Assembly (NCBI GenBank): GCA_023213395.1
Contig: CM041465.1
Coordinates: 216,945,741 to 217,009,740, forward strand
Reading direction: 5' to 3'
Length of the DNA stretch: 64,000 bases
Source of the DNA: Cycas panzhihuaensis
Taxonomy: Eukaryota > Plantae > Cycadophyta
Shown here: positions 39,252 through 51,569 of the stretch, piece by piece
How positions within the stretch are numbered: the stretch's first letter is position 1
Layout: every line of letters begins with the position of its first letter
Notes under the pieces: generated by a model
Seen by the model: the letters and a program-made list of their open reading frames with translations, nothing else
Database searches by the model: none
What the model was told of the DNA's origin: nothing
Translations under genes and position numbers: made by a program

Positions 39252-40304
39252 GTTTTGGGTTTATAAACACTTGAAGCTAGCAGATAACTTGGAAACTCAA
39301 AGCTTTCGTTGCTTAAGTTCCACCTTCTAACAAAACCAACAGTCCTGATCTTACTAGAAGATCCAACAACTGAATGGAATGATGAGGGGTGGAGGACTAG
39401 GCTATGGAGTTGGTCCAACTTGATCTTATAGAGAAGATCCAAATGTTGGCCAAGTTAAATCTAGGACAAGGCAGGTAGGGTTGATCTGCATGGACGTACT
39501 ATGCTTTCCCTAGGATTCACAGCCCCAATAACACCCTTTTCGAACCTCCTTTCCCTCAAGCAACCTTAATTGTCGTGCACTGATCGTACGGTCGGTTGAT
39601 CCCCTAGGGAATGCACCAAGCTTAAGGTTAATTTAGAGGCAAGGTTTGAACCTTTTTCGAGCCTCTCCAACAGATTTTAAGTCACTTTTTAGCAGATTTT
39701 AAAGTGAACTTAGGTTTCTTTTTGCTTGGAAAATGTACTTATGAAAATGCTTTGATTAAGCTTTACAAAAAAGTGGCTTCAAGAGGAAGCAATGTAAGTA
39801 CATGTATATGAACACTTGTAGTGTTTTTTACAATGAGCACTTTAATGAAAATGTAGTGCTATGTTGATCCAAGTAAGAAACCAAATGCTTGATTACAATA
39901 AGTTTTGCAAGGTACTTTTTGAAAAAAAGCTTAAGTACTGAAAGAAGTAATGCAAAACTTGTGATGAAGATACAAGTGGGTTCCTTTTAATGTTGAACAA
40001 ATGAGGGTAAGAGAGCCACTTGCATGAAAAATGACATCAAGCACCAAGTGTTGGGACTTTAAATTAGTTCCAACGATAAAAAAAGTGATTTTTATTAAGT
40101 ATTTGAGCCCTCTTTGAGACTAAGGGCAATAGGTCACCATGCAAGGTGCCTTAAAAGTGTTTTAAAATTTAGTGATGAGTATCATTTTTGATTAAAAACA
40201 CTTAAAATCACTTAATTAACACTTGTTCAAACAATAACTAAGTGTTAAAACTTTTAAGAGCCAAAACATAGGCTGAAATTTGAAAATTTTTTGCAATTTG
40301 CACA

Positions 40305-40604
40305 CTAAGGATTGAGTGTGGGGCCCACAATTGTCTTGGGTTGAGGGTCAGGGCCCACAATGGCAGTGAGGAGGAGGACAAGTAATTTACCGGATGTTGG
40401 GCAGTGAGGCAATGGGCACAGTACCTGAGAAGGAGGACAAGCGGTGAGGACAATGGACAATGAGGACAATGGATGAAACAGGCAGTGAGGACAGCTGGAC
40501 AGAACAGCTGGACAGTGAGGACAGCTTGACAGTGAGGACTGCTGGACAGTGAGGACAGCTGGACAGTGAGGACTGCTGACTAGGATCGAGTGTGGGGCCA
40601 CAAT
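40305..40604. repeat. Degenerate ~16-17-bp tandem array (CAGTGAGGACAGCTGGA-like) bracketed by ~26-bp direct repeats, in the 5' UTR of element A
   Basis: Repeated CAGTGAGGAC units at 40364-40575. Flanking CTA(A)GGATYGAGTGTGGGGCC(C)ACAAT at 40305 and 40580. Confidence 0.85.
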
Positions 40605-41183
40605 GGGCTTTGTCTTCTTTGTCTTGAGGGCCCTGGGGCCCAAAGGACAAATTGGCCGAGAACAGAGGACTGGGGCCCTGAAAGGATCATGGGCCGGACT
40701 TGAAAGATAGCTAGAAAAACAGCTAGAATGATTGCTGGAAAAACAGCTGGAATGTGGGGCCCACAATTGAAAAAAGCAGCCTTGGTGAGTTCAAACCCGC
40801 AGCGCTTTTCCATAGTTTCAAAGATTTTCCACTGTAGAAGGTGAGTTAGTACAGCAGAAATCTAGATCTTAGCAGCCAAATCCACAGTTGTGATGAAAAA
40901 AAACTTTGACACTTCTTCTATTTTAATTTTGACAAATCTGGGTTGAAAAGAAAGTTAGTGGAATAATAGTTTCCAAAAAGAAATCACTGAACATAACCCA
41001 GCTCTAGCCTTTAAAAAAAAAGGCTCCAAAATGCTTGAACTTGCAAAAAAAACCTTCAAACAAACCTTGGATCGCCTTCGGAGTGCGAAGGTCGTCACCA
41101 AGGGTTTGTTGCTTTCTTCAAAGAACTCCTTGAGCAGCTGCAAAGCGAGCAGGAAACTAGTCTCCTCTTGCTCTGATACCAAA

Positions 41184-41737
41184 TGTGAAAAGAGGCTAGA
41201 TGGCCTCAACAGTCCCTAGATCTAGAAACTAGCATCACTCTAGTTCTAGTTGCAGAAATATAAACAAGTATAATAAACTCAAGGCAAAGAGAAAGCAAAG
41301 AGACAAAACTTGAATGAAGGAGCAAGAGAAAATGATACCCAATATGTGGAGTTGGAATTGGTCCAACCTTCCAAGAATGAACAGTTTGATTAGCAAACTG
41401 ATAGCATAACAATCTGACTACAACTCTTGTGTGAGACAATGAGGAGAGGTCTCATTATATAGAGTGAAATGAGAGACCTAAGGCCTTGGATGTTTGACAA
41501 GTGTCAAACATCCAAGATACATGCCTTGCATGTTGGACATGTGTCCTTTTGGGCTCTCATGTGAGCAAAAGTGCATGAGAGTCCATTTGACCCTTTAGTG
41601 ACAACGTTGTGTCACTAGAAAGAATGTGGGTGTGCACTTTATCACTTAAGTGATAAGTCACCCCTAAAGTAAAAAGTGCATATATTACATGAAAAATAAA
41701 AGTACATTAACTTAACATTTAAACATAAGGTTTAACA
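41184..41737 (-). repeat. Element A 5' LTR
   Basis: Adjacent to the Met-i PBS; followed by TSD GACTT. Confidence 0.97.
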
Positions 41738-41785
41738 GACTTACCATTCCAAGAAGGTAAGAATAGTTCAATTGAATTAAAATAC

Positions 41786-44700
41786 AAGAAGGGCGGCCAT
41801 AAGCAAAAGAGTTGTTGGTTCAAGAGGGGAGACCAATGGAAAGCATACCAAGATGATAAAGGAAAGGGTGTTGTCGCTCATTGTATTGAAGTCTCGATTT
41901 TGCCTACTATATCAACAGAACAAAGTGCTCTTGGATCCTTAACTCTGGTGCGTAGAGAATTTTATTTCATGGGACTTAAATTCCAGTGATGTATAGATCA
42001 TTCTTGGGGATGCAAGAGTTATTCTTGTTAAAGGTGTTGGGAGAGTTTTCGTTGCAGGTGGTCACTTTGATAAGGTGTACTATGCACCTGAGATGTACAA
42101 ATATCTTCTATCAACACGAGAAATTTGCAAATAAGGTATGAAGATTGAGCTTTATTAAGATAGATGCTTGATTAAGGATCCAAATAAAACCTTTTTGTTA
42201 TCGCTACCAGAAAAATGAAGGCTGATTTTTGGGTATTTGAGAAGTTTTAGAAACATAATAAATCATATGGCTTTATTATTGGCGCGGATGATACGAGTAA
42301 GGTATGGAATGAATGGTTGGGACATCTCAATTTTAAAAGCAAAGCATGTCACTGATGAACGAATTGAATATGATGGATGCTTTGCCAAAAGTTTCATGTT
42401 TAGTTGGTATTTGTGAAGGGTGTATGTATGGGAAGCACCACAAATATCCTTTTGCTCAGGATCATACTTGGAGAGCCAAGGAGAAGTTGGAGCTTGTCTG
42501 TTCAGATTTGATGGGGTTGTTATCAAATCTTTTGACTTCGGGAGCTCTATATACATTGGTGTTTGTAGATGATTACACCGAGAAAGCCTAGGTGTACTTT
42601 TGGAAGAGTAAGTATGAAGTGTTCGATTACTTTCGAGAATGGAAAGCTCGAGTCGAAATTGAAAGTGATAAGAAAATAAAAATTTTGAGGAGTGATAATG
42701 GCAAGGAATATGAAAATAATGCCTTTAATCGGTTATGTCTGAATCATGGTAGAAGGTGGAAATTCACAATCTCCTATACCCCACAATAGAATGGTGTTGC
42801 TAAGAGGAAGAATCATACCGTGATGGAGATGGCAAATTGTATGGTGCGTGCACAAAACTTGCCACCAATGTTTTGGATAGAAGCTGTTGGAACTACTATG
42901 TATATTTTAAACAGGATATTGACTTTAGTAGTTTGTGGCACCCTTGAAGAGAAATGGACTGGTTAGAAGCTTGCCATTAACCCTTTAAAAGTTTTTGGGT
43001 GCATAGCATATGCACACATCTTAGACGAAAAATGAAAGAAGTTGGATCACAAGAGTAAGAAGTGTATCTTTGTGGTGTATAATGATATGAGTAAAGCTTA
43101 TAGACTATGGGATCTAGAGGGGAAGAAACTTCTTGTTAGTCAGGATATAGAATTTGTTGAGTTGTTGACGTATCATGTTCATCAAGCATCGTTTGGAGAA
43201 GCCTTTTATTCGCTTTTACTACCATTTTTATTAGGGTCAATTCTGTAGGAGTCTGATTCTGGGAACGTGAACCTGATTCAACTAGCTGAGGAGCTTGTTG
43301 TATAAAGGGAAGATGGATTGAGTAATATAGATAATGAAGAGCCATCGCAAGAAGAAGTATGTGAGACACCGAGTGCCGCAAGGCCAGTATGGGTAAGAAA
43401 GACTATTAAGGAGTTAGGTGTGACATTGCAAGATCTAATAGAAGGATGAAAAACAAGGAGTGAGCATGCCAATCAAGCTCTAATGGTTAACACCATAGAT
43501 TTTCATGATCCCAATTCTTATGTTGAGGCTAAGGAGAATCCAAAGTGGAGAGTTGAAATGGAGGAAGAGCATAATTCTCTAATTAAGAATGAGACATGGG
43601 ATTTAGTCCCATTACCTCCAAAGAAGAATCTCGTTGGATGCAAGTGGGTATATAAGACAAAGTTCCACTCTAATATCAAGGTGGAAAAATACAAAGCTCG
43701 ACTTGTTGCACAGGGATTCAAATAGAAGGAAGGGAGTGATTATGATGAGACATTTGCACCAGTCTCGAAGATGACAATGGTTCAATTGATCCTTTCACTT
43801 GTAGCCATATACAAATAGAAGTTATGTCAAATGGATGTAAAGTTCACATTTCTTAATGGAGACTTAAAGGAGGAAATTTATATGGTACAACCTTGTGGGT
43901 TCATTAAGGAAGGTCAAGAAGAGTTTGTGTGTCAATTCAAGAAATCTCTCTATGGTCTAAAGCAAGCACCAAGAGCATGGTATGCAAAGATTGATATTAA
44001 GTTGAAGGAAAAAGGATTTGTTACTACATATCTAGAGCCTAATTTGTATATCAAGAGGACTGCAAAGTTGATTGTGGTGATTATGCTATATATTGATGAT
44101 TTCATCTTAACATGCGATTCCCATAAGTCAATTGCGGATGTTAAACCTAACTTGTAGAAGACCTTTGAAATGATAGATTTAGGTATGTTGAATTATTTCT
44201 TGGGCATCAAAGTATGACAAATGGAGGATTGATTGATGGTGTCACAAATAAGGTACACGAGGAACTTGCTTGCAAAGTTCAAGATGGAGGACTATAAGTC
44301 TATTTCCACACCATGTGCTAAGGGCACAAAACTCATGAAAGATATGGAGAATCTTGTTGTAGATGCCACATTGTATAGATAGTTGGTAGGGAGTCTTATC
44401 TATTTGATTCATACTAGATTAGATATTGTTTATGCTATTGGATTAGTCTCTCGTTATATGCAAAATCTATACGAGCCACATTGAGTTGTAACAAAGAGGA
44501 TTCTGATATATTTAAAGGGAAATTTTAATCTTGGTATGGAGTACCTTTGTGGTGGAGAGGTGAAGTTGTATGGCTACACTGGCGCTACTTGGGGAGGAGT
44601 CTTTGATGATAAAAAAACCATTGCTAGATATGTCTTTAGCATTAGCAATGGATTTATATCATGGTAGTCAAAGAAACAATAGGCAATTGCACTAATAGAC

Positions 44701-45056
44701 GCACTAACTCCTATAGAGGCAGAGTAGTAGGGACTCATTGTTGGTGTGAGAGAAGTCGTATGGTTGCAAGGACTTTTGGATATTCTTGGTATACCTTGTA
44801 GTGCCCCAATTATTTTAGTCGATAACCAGAGCACTATTCGGTTGTCAAAGAATTGATAATTCCACGTGCACATGAATCACATTGAAATTTAGCATCACTA
44901 CATTTGTGAATAGATCAAAGCAGGAAAGTTGTAGGTCCATTATTGTTCAAGTGAAAAGCAATTTCTGGACGTGTTCACCGAAGCACTTACTAAAGATCAA
45001 TTTACTAAGATTTGTACTAGATTGGGATTCAAAGAAGTTATCCTTGAGGGGGGATG
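41786..45056 (+). pseudogene. pol: Element D pol (end of knuckle, PR, INT, RT, RNase H), degenerate
   Basis: 'CEGCMYGKHH', 'FVDDYTEKA', 'LRSDNGKEY', 'NETWDLVPLP..GCKWVYK', '[26 protein letters not shown]'. Confidence 0.92.
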
Positions 45057-45134
45057 TATTAGCAAGGATACTTCCAACCTTTGTTGGTGATTTCAGATTG
45101 CAAATCAAATCCCCACATTTACATTAAGGGGGGA

Positions 45135-45458
45135 TGTTAGTGTGGCAGTTAATACCAAGCCACATGATTAATGTTAAATGTGGATAGTTAAGTGTTAATT
45201 CAAAATGTGCAAATATCAAAGGGTCATAACCAACGTGTTGGACGTACTGTTTAGGGGATTATAAAAGATCTTGAAGTTTGTTGTAAATTCAATCAAGTGG
45301 AATAAATGTGATTGATTGATCTTTTGTGGTGGTTTTTTTATCGAAAGTTTTTCCCACGTAAAATCTTGCGTATTGTGTACTTTGCTTATTGATGGTTTGC
45401 TTGCTGTGTATGATCAAAATCCTATAGTTTAGAAAACATCTATGTATGTTTCTTCACA
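45135..45458 (+). repeat. Element D 3' LTR (324 bp)
   Basis: Follows the PPT; TG...CA termini; aligns to the split 5' LTR. Confidence 0.9.
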
Positions 45459-48400
45459 CCGACGTCAATGATGCATTTATTCATCATTTGGTCCATCCTA
45501 GTAGACATATCTTCATACTCTATATATTTAATTATACCAACCCTTGTATTTATTTTAAGGAGTCTTCATCTTGACACCATATATTTAAGAGGGGATATTT
45601 ACCCTTTCTCTTGGTTATTCCACATAAATGAATATTCTCATTCCATTCCATTATTATGGCTCTTTGACTTGTAGGTATGATTATAATTACACTTCTCAAT
45701 TTTGTACAAGAGGGAAGTTGGAAGCATCCCTATAATCACGAACTACTCATCAACTACTTTATTAAGAAGTCTTTTTGAAGTGAATGTTGAAAGAAGGCAT
45801 GCCAAACTCATTTTGAGATTTAATATTACCTCATACAAGGTGTTTTTGAAGTAATAAGTTCTAAAGGGAAAATTCTTACACCCAATTAAGTCTTTGTTTG
45901 CAATTTTTGTCATAGAGAATATTATCAATCCTTGTTTAAGACTTCTTTAGGCATGTCAATGTCTAAAGTTATGCCCCTGTCAATCCTATACAGGAAAGTG
46001 ACCATAAGAATTTTTATGCTTATGGACTACCCCTTTCTTACCTTTCTATGAAGGTATTCTTCAAATAATAATTGTAATAAGGTAAGTCAAATTCTTGTTA
46101 GGATTTATATTTGTTACCAATTAGGTATTTTTCAAACACTAAATGCTAAGGGGAATATATTTCAATATCCCAAGAGTCTTCCTTAGTATTAAGGGAATGC
46201 TTTTCTACTTGGCCCATCAAGGAAAATATTTTGAGTAGTTAGGATCTTATAAGTCATTGTTTCATCTTCTCATTAATTAAAGGTTCACAAAGTTGACAAT
46301 CATTATTGTTAATCACTTCAACGCTAACCATAACTAATTAGGCTTGCAAGCAACTAAATAAATGACAAATGAATCAATAAATGTAAAGCATAGTGCTTGT
46401 AGTATATTTTTATTCTCATAACCCATACATGTTAGAAATTAAATGGGTTGTAAAAGCATTGCTATGTTTCAAACTCCCTGCTCCTTTCGTTTCATGGATG
46501 CAATTCATTTTATGGGTTTGTTCCCATTAATACAGTCTAGATGTCATGCAACTAAATGTTTGTCATGACCCCACTCAATTGAAGAGGTATAACTATCTCA
46601 CACTTCTATTAATTACGTCATGTATGTTTATCTAATGCTTATGTTCAGTACTATAAAGGGACATTAAGCATGCATTACTTTACTTCCATGGAGTATGGTT
46701 TTCATTGTATTGTTATGTATCGGACATAAAATTGTCTTAAGTTATTATGTAGTGATATTGACGTGTTTCTAACATAGTGCGTAGGACAGTACTATTATCA
46801 AACGCCTTCCACAAAGGTGATAAATATTTTTATGAATGCGTCAATACATTTACAATAAGGAATGCATGCTTCTTTTTTGTCACGCAAATAGTACTTAATG
46901 TTTCAATGGTCAATTAACTCATAACGAGAAACATACTTATTATACGTATAACTATTCACTATTGTAGCTTCCCAAAATATCCTAGAATTTAACTTTCTAA
47001 AATATGATAGTCCACCAACTTTTTAAACCATCAAACACAATAAGATAAGTGTGAGGGATTTCCAACAACTGATAGAAATCACTTATGAAGTATACATATG
47101 TTATTTCTTGTGATTTTTCTTGAAACATTGCCTAGATTGGTACTGTATGGATCAACCACATCAGATCCATATAACTCTAATGTGTGTAGGATGTACAGTC
47201 TTGCCATAATTGCCAACTACCCCCTTTTTATCCATTACTTAGATTTTATGAATTTTCTAAAGGTATTTTGGCAAAAAATTAATGTAAAGGAGCTTCTAAG
47301 CATGACATGCATATTATAATTACATCTACAGGCCTGTGCAACCTTACTGTATGGTTCTATACTTAGATGTATGGTCGTTTGCAAACTCATACAACCTTCT
47401 CTAAAATTGTTCAAAATTGACTTAAATGTGATGAAATCATTCATAATCATTTTTCAAGGGTTTTTAAGGTAGGATATGGATAGAAAAAGTATTTATAATC
47501 AATATAAGACATTTATTAGGAGTAATAAATGCCAACACAATCATAAATGATATTTTATCTAAGCAAAATAAAAATATAAGCTAATTACATCCATAAATAT
47601 AAAAATAATTAAATGTTGCATACCTCATTCATGGAGAAATACAAATTAATAATGATACATTCTCTTATAATCTTCACTTGAACTTGCTGTTGGATAATAG
47701 AGATTAAGTTGATGGAAAGGATTGATGCAATGCCCTTGGCATGCATCCTCTTCCTTTCCATTCCTTACTCTAGTAGCACGCCTGCGTTTCAATGATAGTC
47801 TGATGTTTGTTGGCTCTCTATATGTTCATATGGAAGAGTGTTTGGAAAAGAGGGAGCCTTGTCAAAGAAATTAGCTTGCTCATTAGCCAATGAGAAGCCA
47901 CCTCTTAACAACTCTTCTTCATAATTTGACTTTATAGTTTGAAGTTAAGTTATGCTCTTTAATGAGTTGCTTTCTTAAAAGTTGTGCAACAGCTCTTTTA
48001 CCCTCTTAAACATAACCACTTCACATTCTCGGTTTGATTTAAAATTATTTCTTCTAATTAATGAGGATCTAGCCATTTGAGGATTGTTTTGAGGGGTGGG
48101 GGTAAAATTCCCTCTCTTGACAATAAGTAGGTATTTTCCATAGAGTTTATGGGGATTGGACTTGTTAAGTCATGTGTTGTGACTTCATAATGCATATGCT
48201 CCCTTTCGATAGGAGGCCTAAGTATTGGTGTTGGATGACATATTATCATTACATGTTTGTACATTTAGACCTAGTCGTACACGTGTTGCCATCCTTTGGT
48301 GACATTTTTTTTCTTGTGTATGCTTAGATATTGATGTCGAATGATACATTAGCACTTCATAATGCTCATATTCCCCCCTTTATAGGAACCCTAGATGCTA

Positions 48401-51400
48401 ATATTGGTTGACAGGTTATCACTTCATAATGATTACATCCTCCTTTGTATTGATACTCACATTCCCCTTTGTACTTACGAGGATACATTAATTAGTAGGT
48501 ACTTGTCATGGAGTTTATAAGGATTATAGTTGTTAAGTCATGCGAAGTTGTGAGACAATATATCATGTGATGTGTTTCTTGGAATACAAGAGGAAATGAA
48601 AGGAGGTGCCATGCACATGCAAAGATTGAAACAAAAGACAATAGATATCATATTATTATCATAGTCATTTCAATCATTTCCTAAAAGGGAGTATTGAGTA
48701 TAATGGCTGAATAAGGGATTCATGTTTAGGGCTTGATGGTTATACGCATAAAGTAGAGCTTGTTACAATCATGAAGCTTGCCTTTTCAAGACCTTTATGC
48801 AACTTGGCATTCTAAATGTCCACCTACTCTTTGTCAAAGTTCCACTAAGAGGCAACGATCAATGAAAGGGGTTAGTACCATAAAAGAAAGCCATTTACTA
48901 GTTATAAATGCTTGGCCAATCATGATGAGGGATGGAACCACCCTTCTAGCTCAAGGGGATGCCTTGAATTAGTTATGCATCATATCCTTATCCCTCTTGA
49001 GTGCATTGGGATTAGCCATTCAATGGTTTTTGGTGCAAGTCACATAATGACCCCTTCAGTGGAGCAATGTTTCATTTTGTTCCCTCTCCATTGCTAGAGA
49101 AAAATAACTCTAGGATGCATTACCAATCATCCATTCTCAATCACTAGAAATAAGAGTCCATATGATTCCATCACTTAGCACCCTCCCATGTGTCATGAAA
49201 TATGCCTTGCCTTGGTTGTTAGCAAGGGGAAAGACAAAATCCAATAATGGTATGAGCAAGGATTGAGACAAAGCCCAACTTCATGGATAACTTGTTACCT
49301 CTTAATAGGGGATGGCTGACTTTTCCATCCCCATATTACATTTAACATGGAACTTGGTCCATTAGGTGTCCATGTAGATTTAGTCCATTAGATTGCTAAC
49401 TATTGAGGGGCTTATGGTCTTATATGGGAAACATGGCCTTATTTTTAGGTTACTAGATGTAATGACCCAATGCAATCAATTACAAAAGGAGATGGAAAAT
49501 GGAGTGAATGCAATGAGACAAAAAGCCAAGCATCACGATATGTGATACACTTCAAATTCAATAAGAAATGACAATCTTGTATATTTACATTACTTATTTG
49601 AAAGGACATATCTTTTGATGTAATAGACACATCCCTTCATTAATATTAACTAGTTTTGATTAAATCCATAATCATAATTTATTCAATCATTGTTTATTTA
49701 GGATGGCTTTAGGTCTATATATTTTTTTAACAAGAAAATGCTTGTAAAGTGGGGTTGACCCTTCAGTGTAAGGCACCATGGGATCGGGGGAACTATTTCA
49801 CCAAAATCACCTAGGACTTGCACTTGCACCTAGCCCTATCCACTTTGGAAACACTGACAACATACATCTTCATGCCCTCCAATAGCATGAAGGGATACAA
49901 AGACTAAAAACATAATATTTATGAGCCTATAGTCTTAACACATACTAGCACGCTAAATCAACACATCAAACTACCATGAACTGCATGACATCTCAAATTA
50001 AGTGCCACCATAAGACCCTTGTAATCTTCCGTCCAATAGTCATGAAAGAAAACATATGCCCCTATTCTGGGCACAAAAGCCTCATGAAATCAAGTGGACA
50101 TCACACCATGGAGCAAATTGCAAGTTGACCACAGTCATCAATAACTCGAGCTCCACATTGTACCATGAAGCAATTTGCAATTCATTTACTAACACAAATA
50201 ACATCTTGAACTCCACTCCTCAATTTACATGGTCTGACATGCAACTAGGCCCTGCCACCAACGAATGCATGTCGTATTGCCATCACATGCACTGCCCCAA
50301 AGTGTGAATGCCAACTAGCATACCCCTTTTGTTAAGGTAGTTCAAAACCTTTAAATATTTCCCCTTTTATAATATGGTCTTTAAAATATGGGCTGACTAT
50401 AGAGTATAGCTAGCCAGCTTACCTGATGAAGACTTCAAATTCTAAGTTCATAAGATCACTGTCACCATAACAAACATGCCCCATAACCAAGGGCATGACC
50501 AACCAAGCGGGCCAACTCACAACATATACTCGCAATGAACCTTGTCAAATTACAAGTTGGAGTTGTTCCCAAGCATTATCTCCAATATACAAGCTTTAGA
50601 TCCCATACATAAATGATTGTGATTTCAACACATACGTCCCCATGGATCATAAATAGTCTACACTTTGTTTGCCAATCTACAACACACCATCCTCTGTAGA
50701 ATGCAATATAGCCCTTTGACTAGCCCTCCAGGTTATCAACAATATCCACTGATATCACGTGTAGTCCACAACCATAATTAGACAACAGATAGCCTAAAAA
50801 CACAACCTCCTCACCTTTCCTTCATCATGAAAAGAGTGGATCTATCCTTCATCTCCATGCACTAAACACAAAGGCAAACATGGGAGCAAGAGAGACTTGA
50901 GAGAAAGAAAGTAGCTCTCACAAAATGGGGAGGTAAAGAATGAATCTCCTCCATTGAGCTTTACTTTTATATTGAGAGAGGGAGCATTTGGGTTAGGTGA
51001 AATGAAATTACACATAATGCACATGAAAGTGCATTTCACTTAAGTGATCTAATTTAAAGTTCACTTAAGACCCTTTTTCCAAATAATCAACTAATGTAAT
51101 GACCTTATGTCATTAACCCTTTTCAATCTCCCCCTTAATGGTAGAAGGTCATTTCATTCTATTTTATTCTATCCTATGAGGTCTTCATTTGAGCCTCTTA
51201 CAAAGCAAACTAGTATGATACTTTTATGGGAAACCCTCATGGGAAGAAAACCCACAAATTTTCTAATCTACTAACTTGGCTCAGGCAGCTCTTTAAATGT
51301 AGCCAGATAGCCAATCAGTACAATAAATTTTGTAGCTGAAATCCACTGAGTCTCCATATACCATTTGGTCATCCCCCATGCCCTTTTGGGTTTTCACAGG

Positions 51401-51569
51401 TTCCGATTTTCCAAAATGATACAACCCTTATCCTTTCGCGGCGACATGGGGTTTTCACGTATGGGATAGAGGTAGACTTACTGTTGTCCTTCGGCGCCGA
51501 GAAGGGGTTTTGAGGAATGAGAGAGAGTATGATGGTGGTATTGTCATCTCCTTCAATCGACCGAGATGG

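Larger units (their letters stand above)
34536..41737 (-). mobile_element. Young, structurally complete Ty1/Copia element A (554-bp LTRs, TSD GACTT)
   Basis: LTRs at 34536-35089 and 41184-41737 (~13 substitutions, no indels). TSD GACTT at 34531-34535 and 41738-41742. PBS TGGTATCAGAGC (41181-41170, tRNA-Met-i). PPT AAGGGGGGG (35098-35090). Confidence 0.97.
22044..45458 (+). mobile_element. Old Ty1/Copia element D, disrupted by nested insertions B and A and by an internal inversion
   Basis: The 3' LTR (45135-45458) aligns (~80%) to 22044-22139 plus the reverse complement of 33245-33474. PBS TGGTATTATAG on the minus strand at 33244-33234. Degenerate TSD CCAAT (22039-22043) / CCGAC (45459-45463). 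PPT at 45126-45134. Confidence 0.88.

Noticed and set aside
45464-50400. Possible exons or transposase/Gypsy fragments in the decayed interval
   Set aside because: No frame gives a recognisable domain or Ggamma C-terminus; left unassigned as old repeat debris.
50423-50450. CTGATGA hammerhead-ribozyme core (retrozyme)
   Set aside because: No stem II followed by GAAA and no flanking helices. Other CTGATGA hits (~9726, 33824, 42352) also fail.
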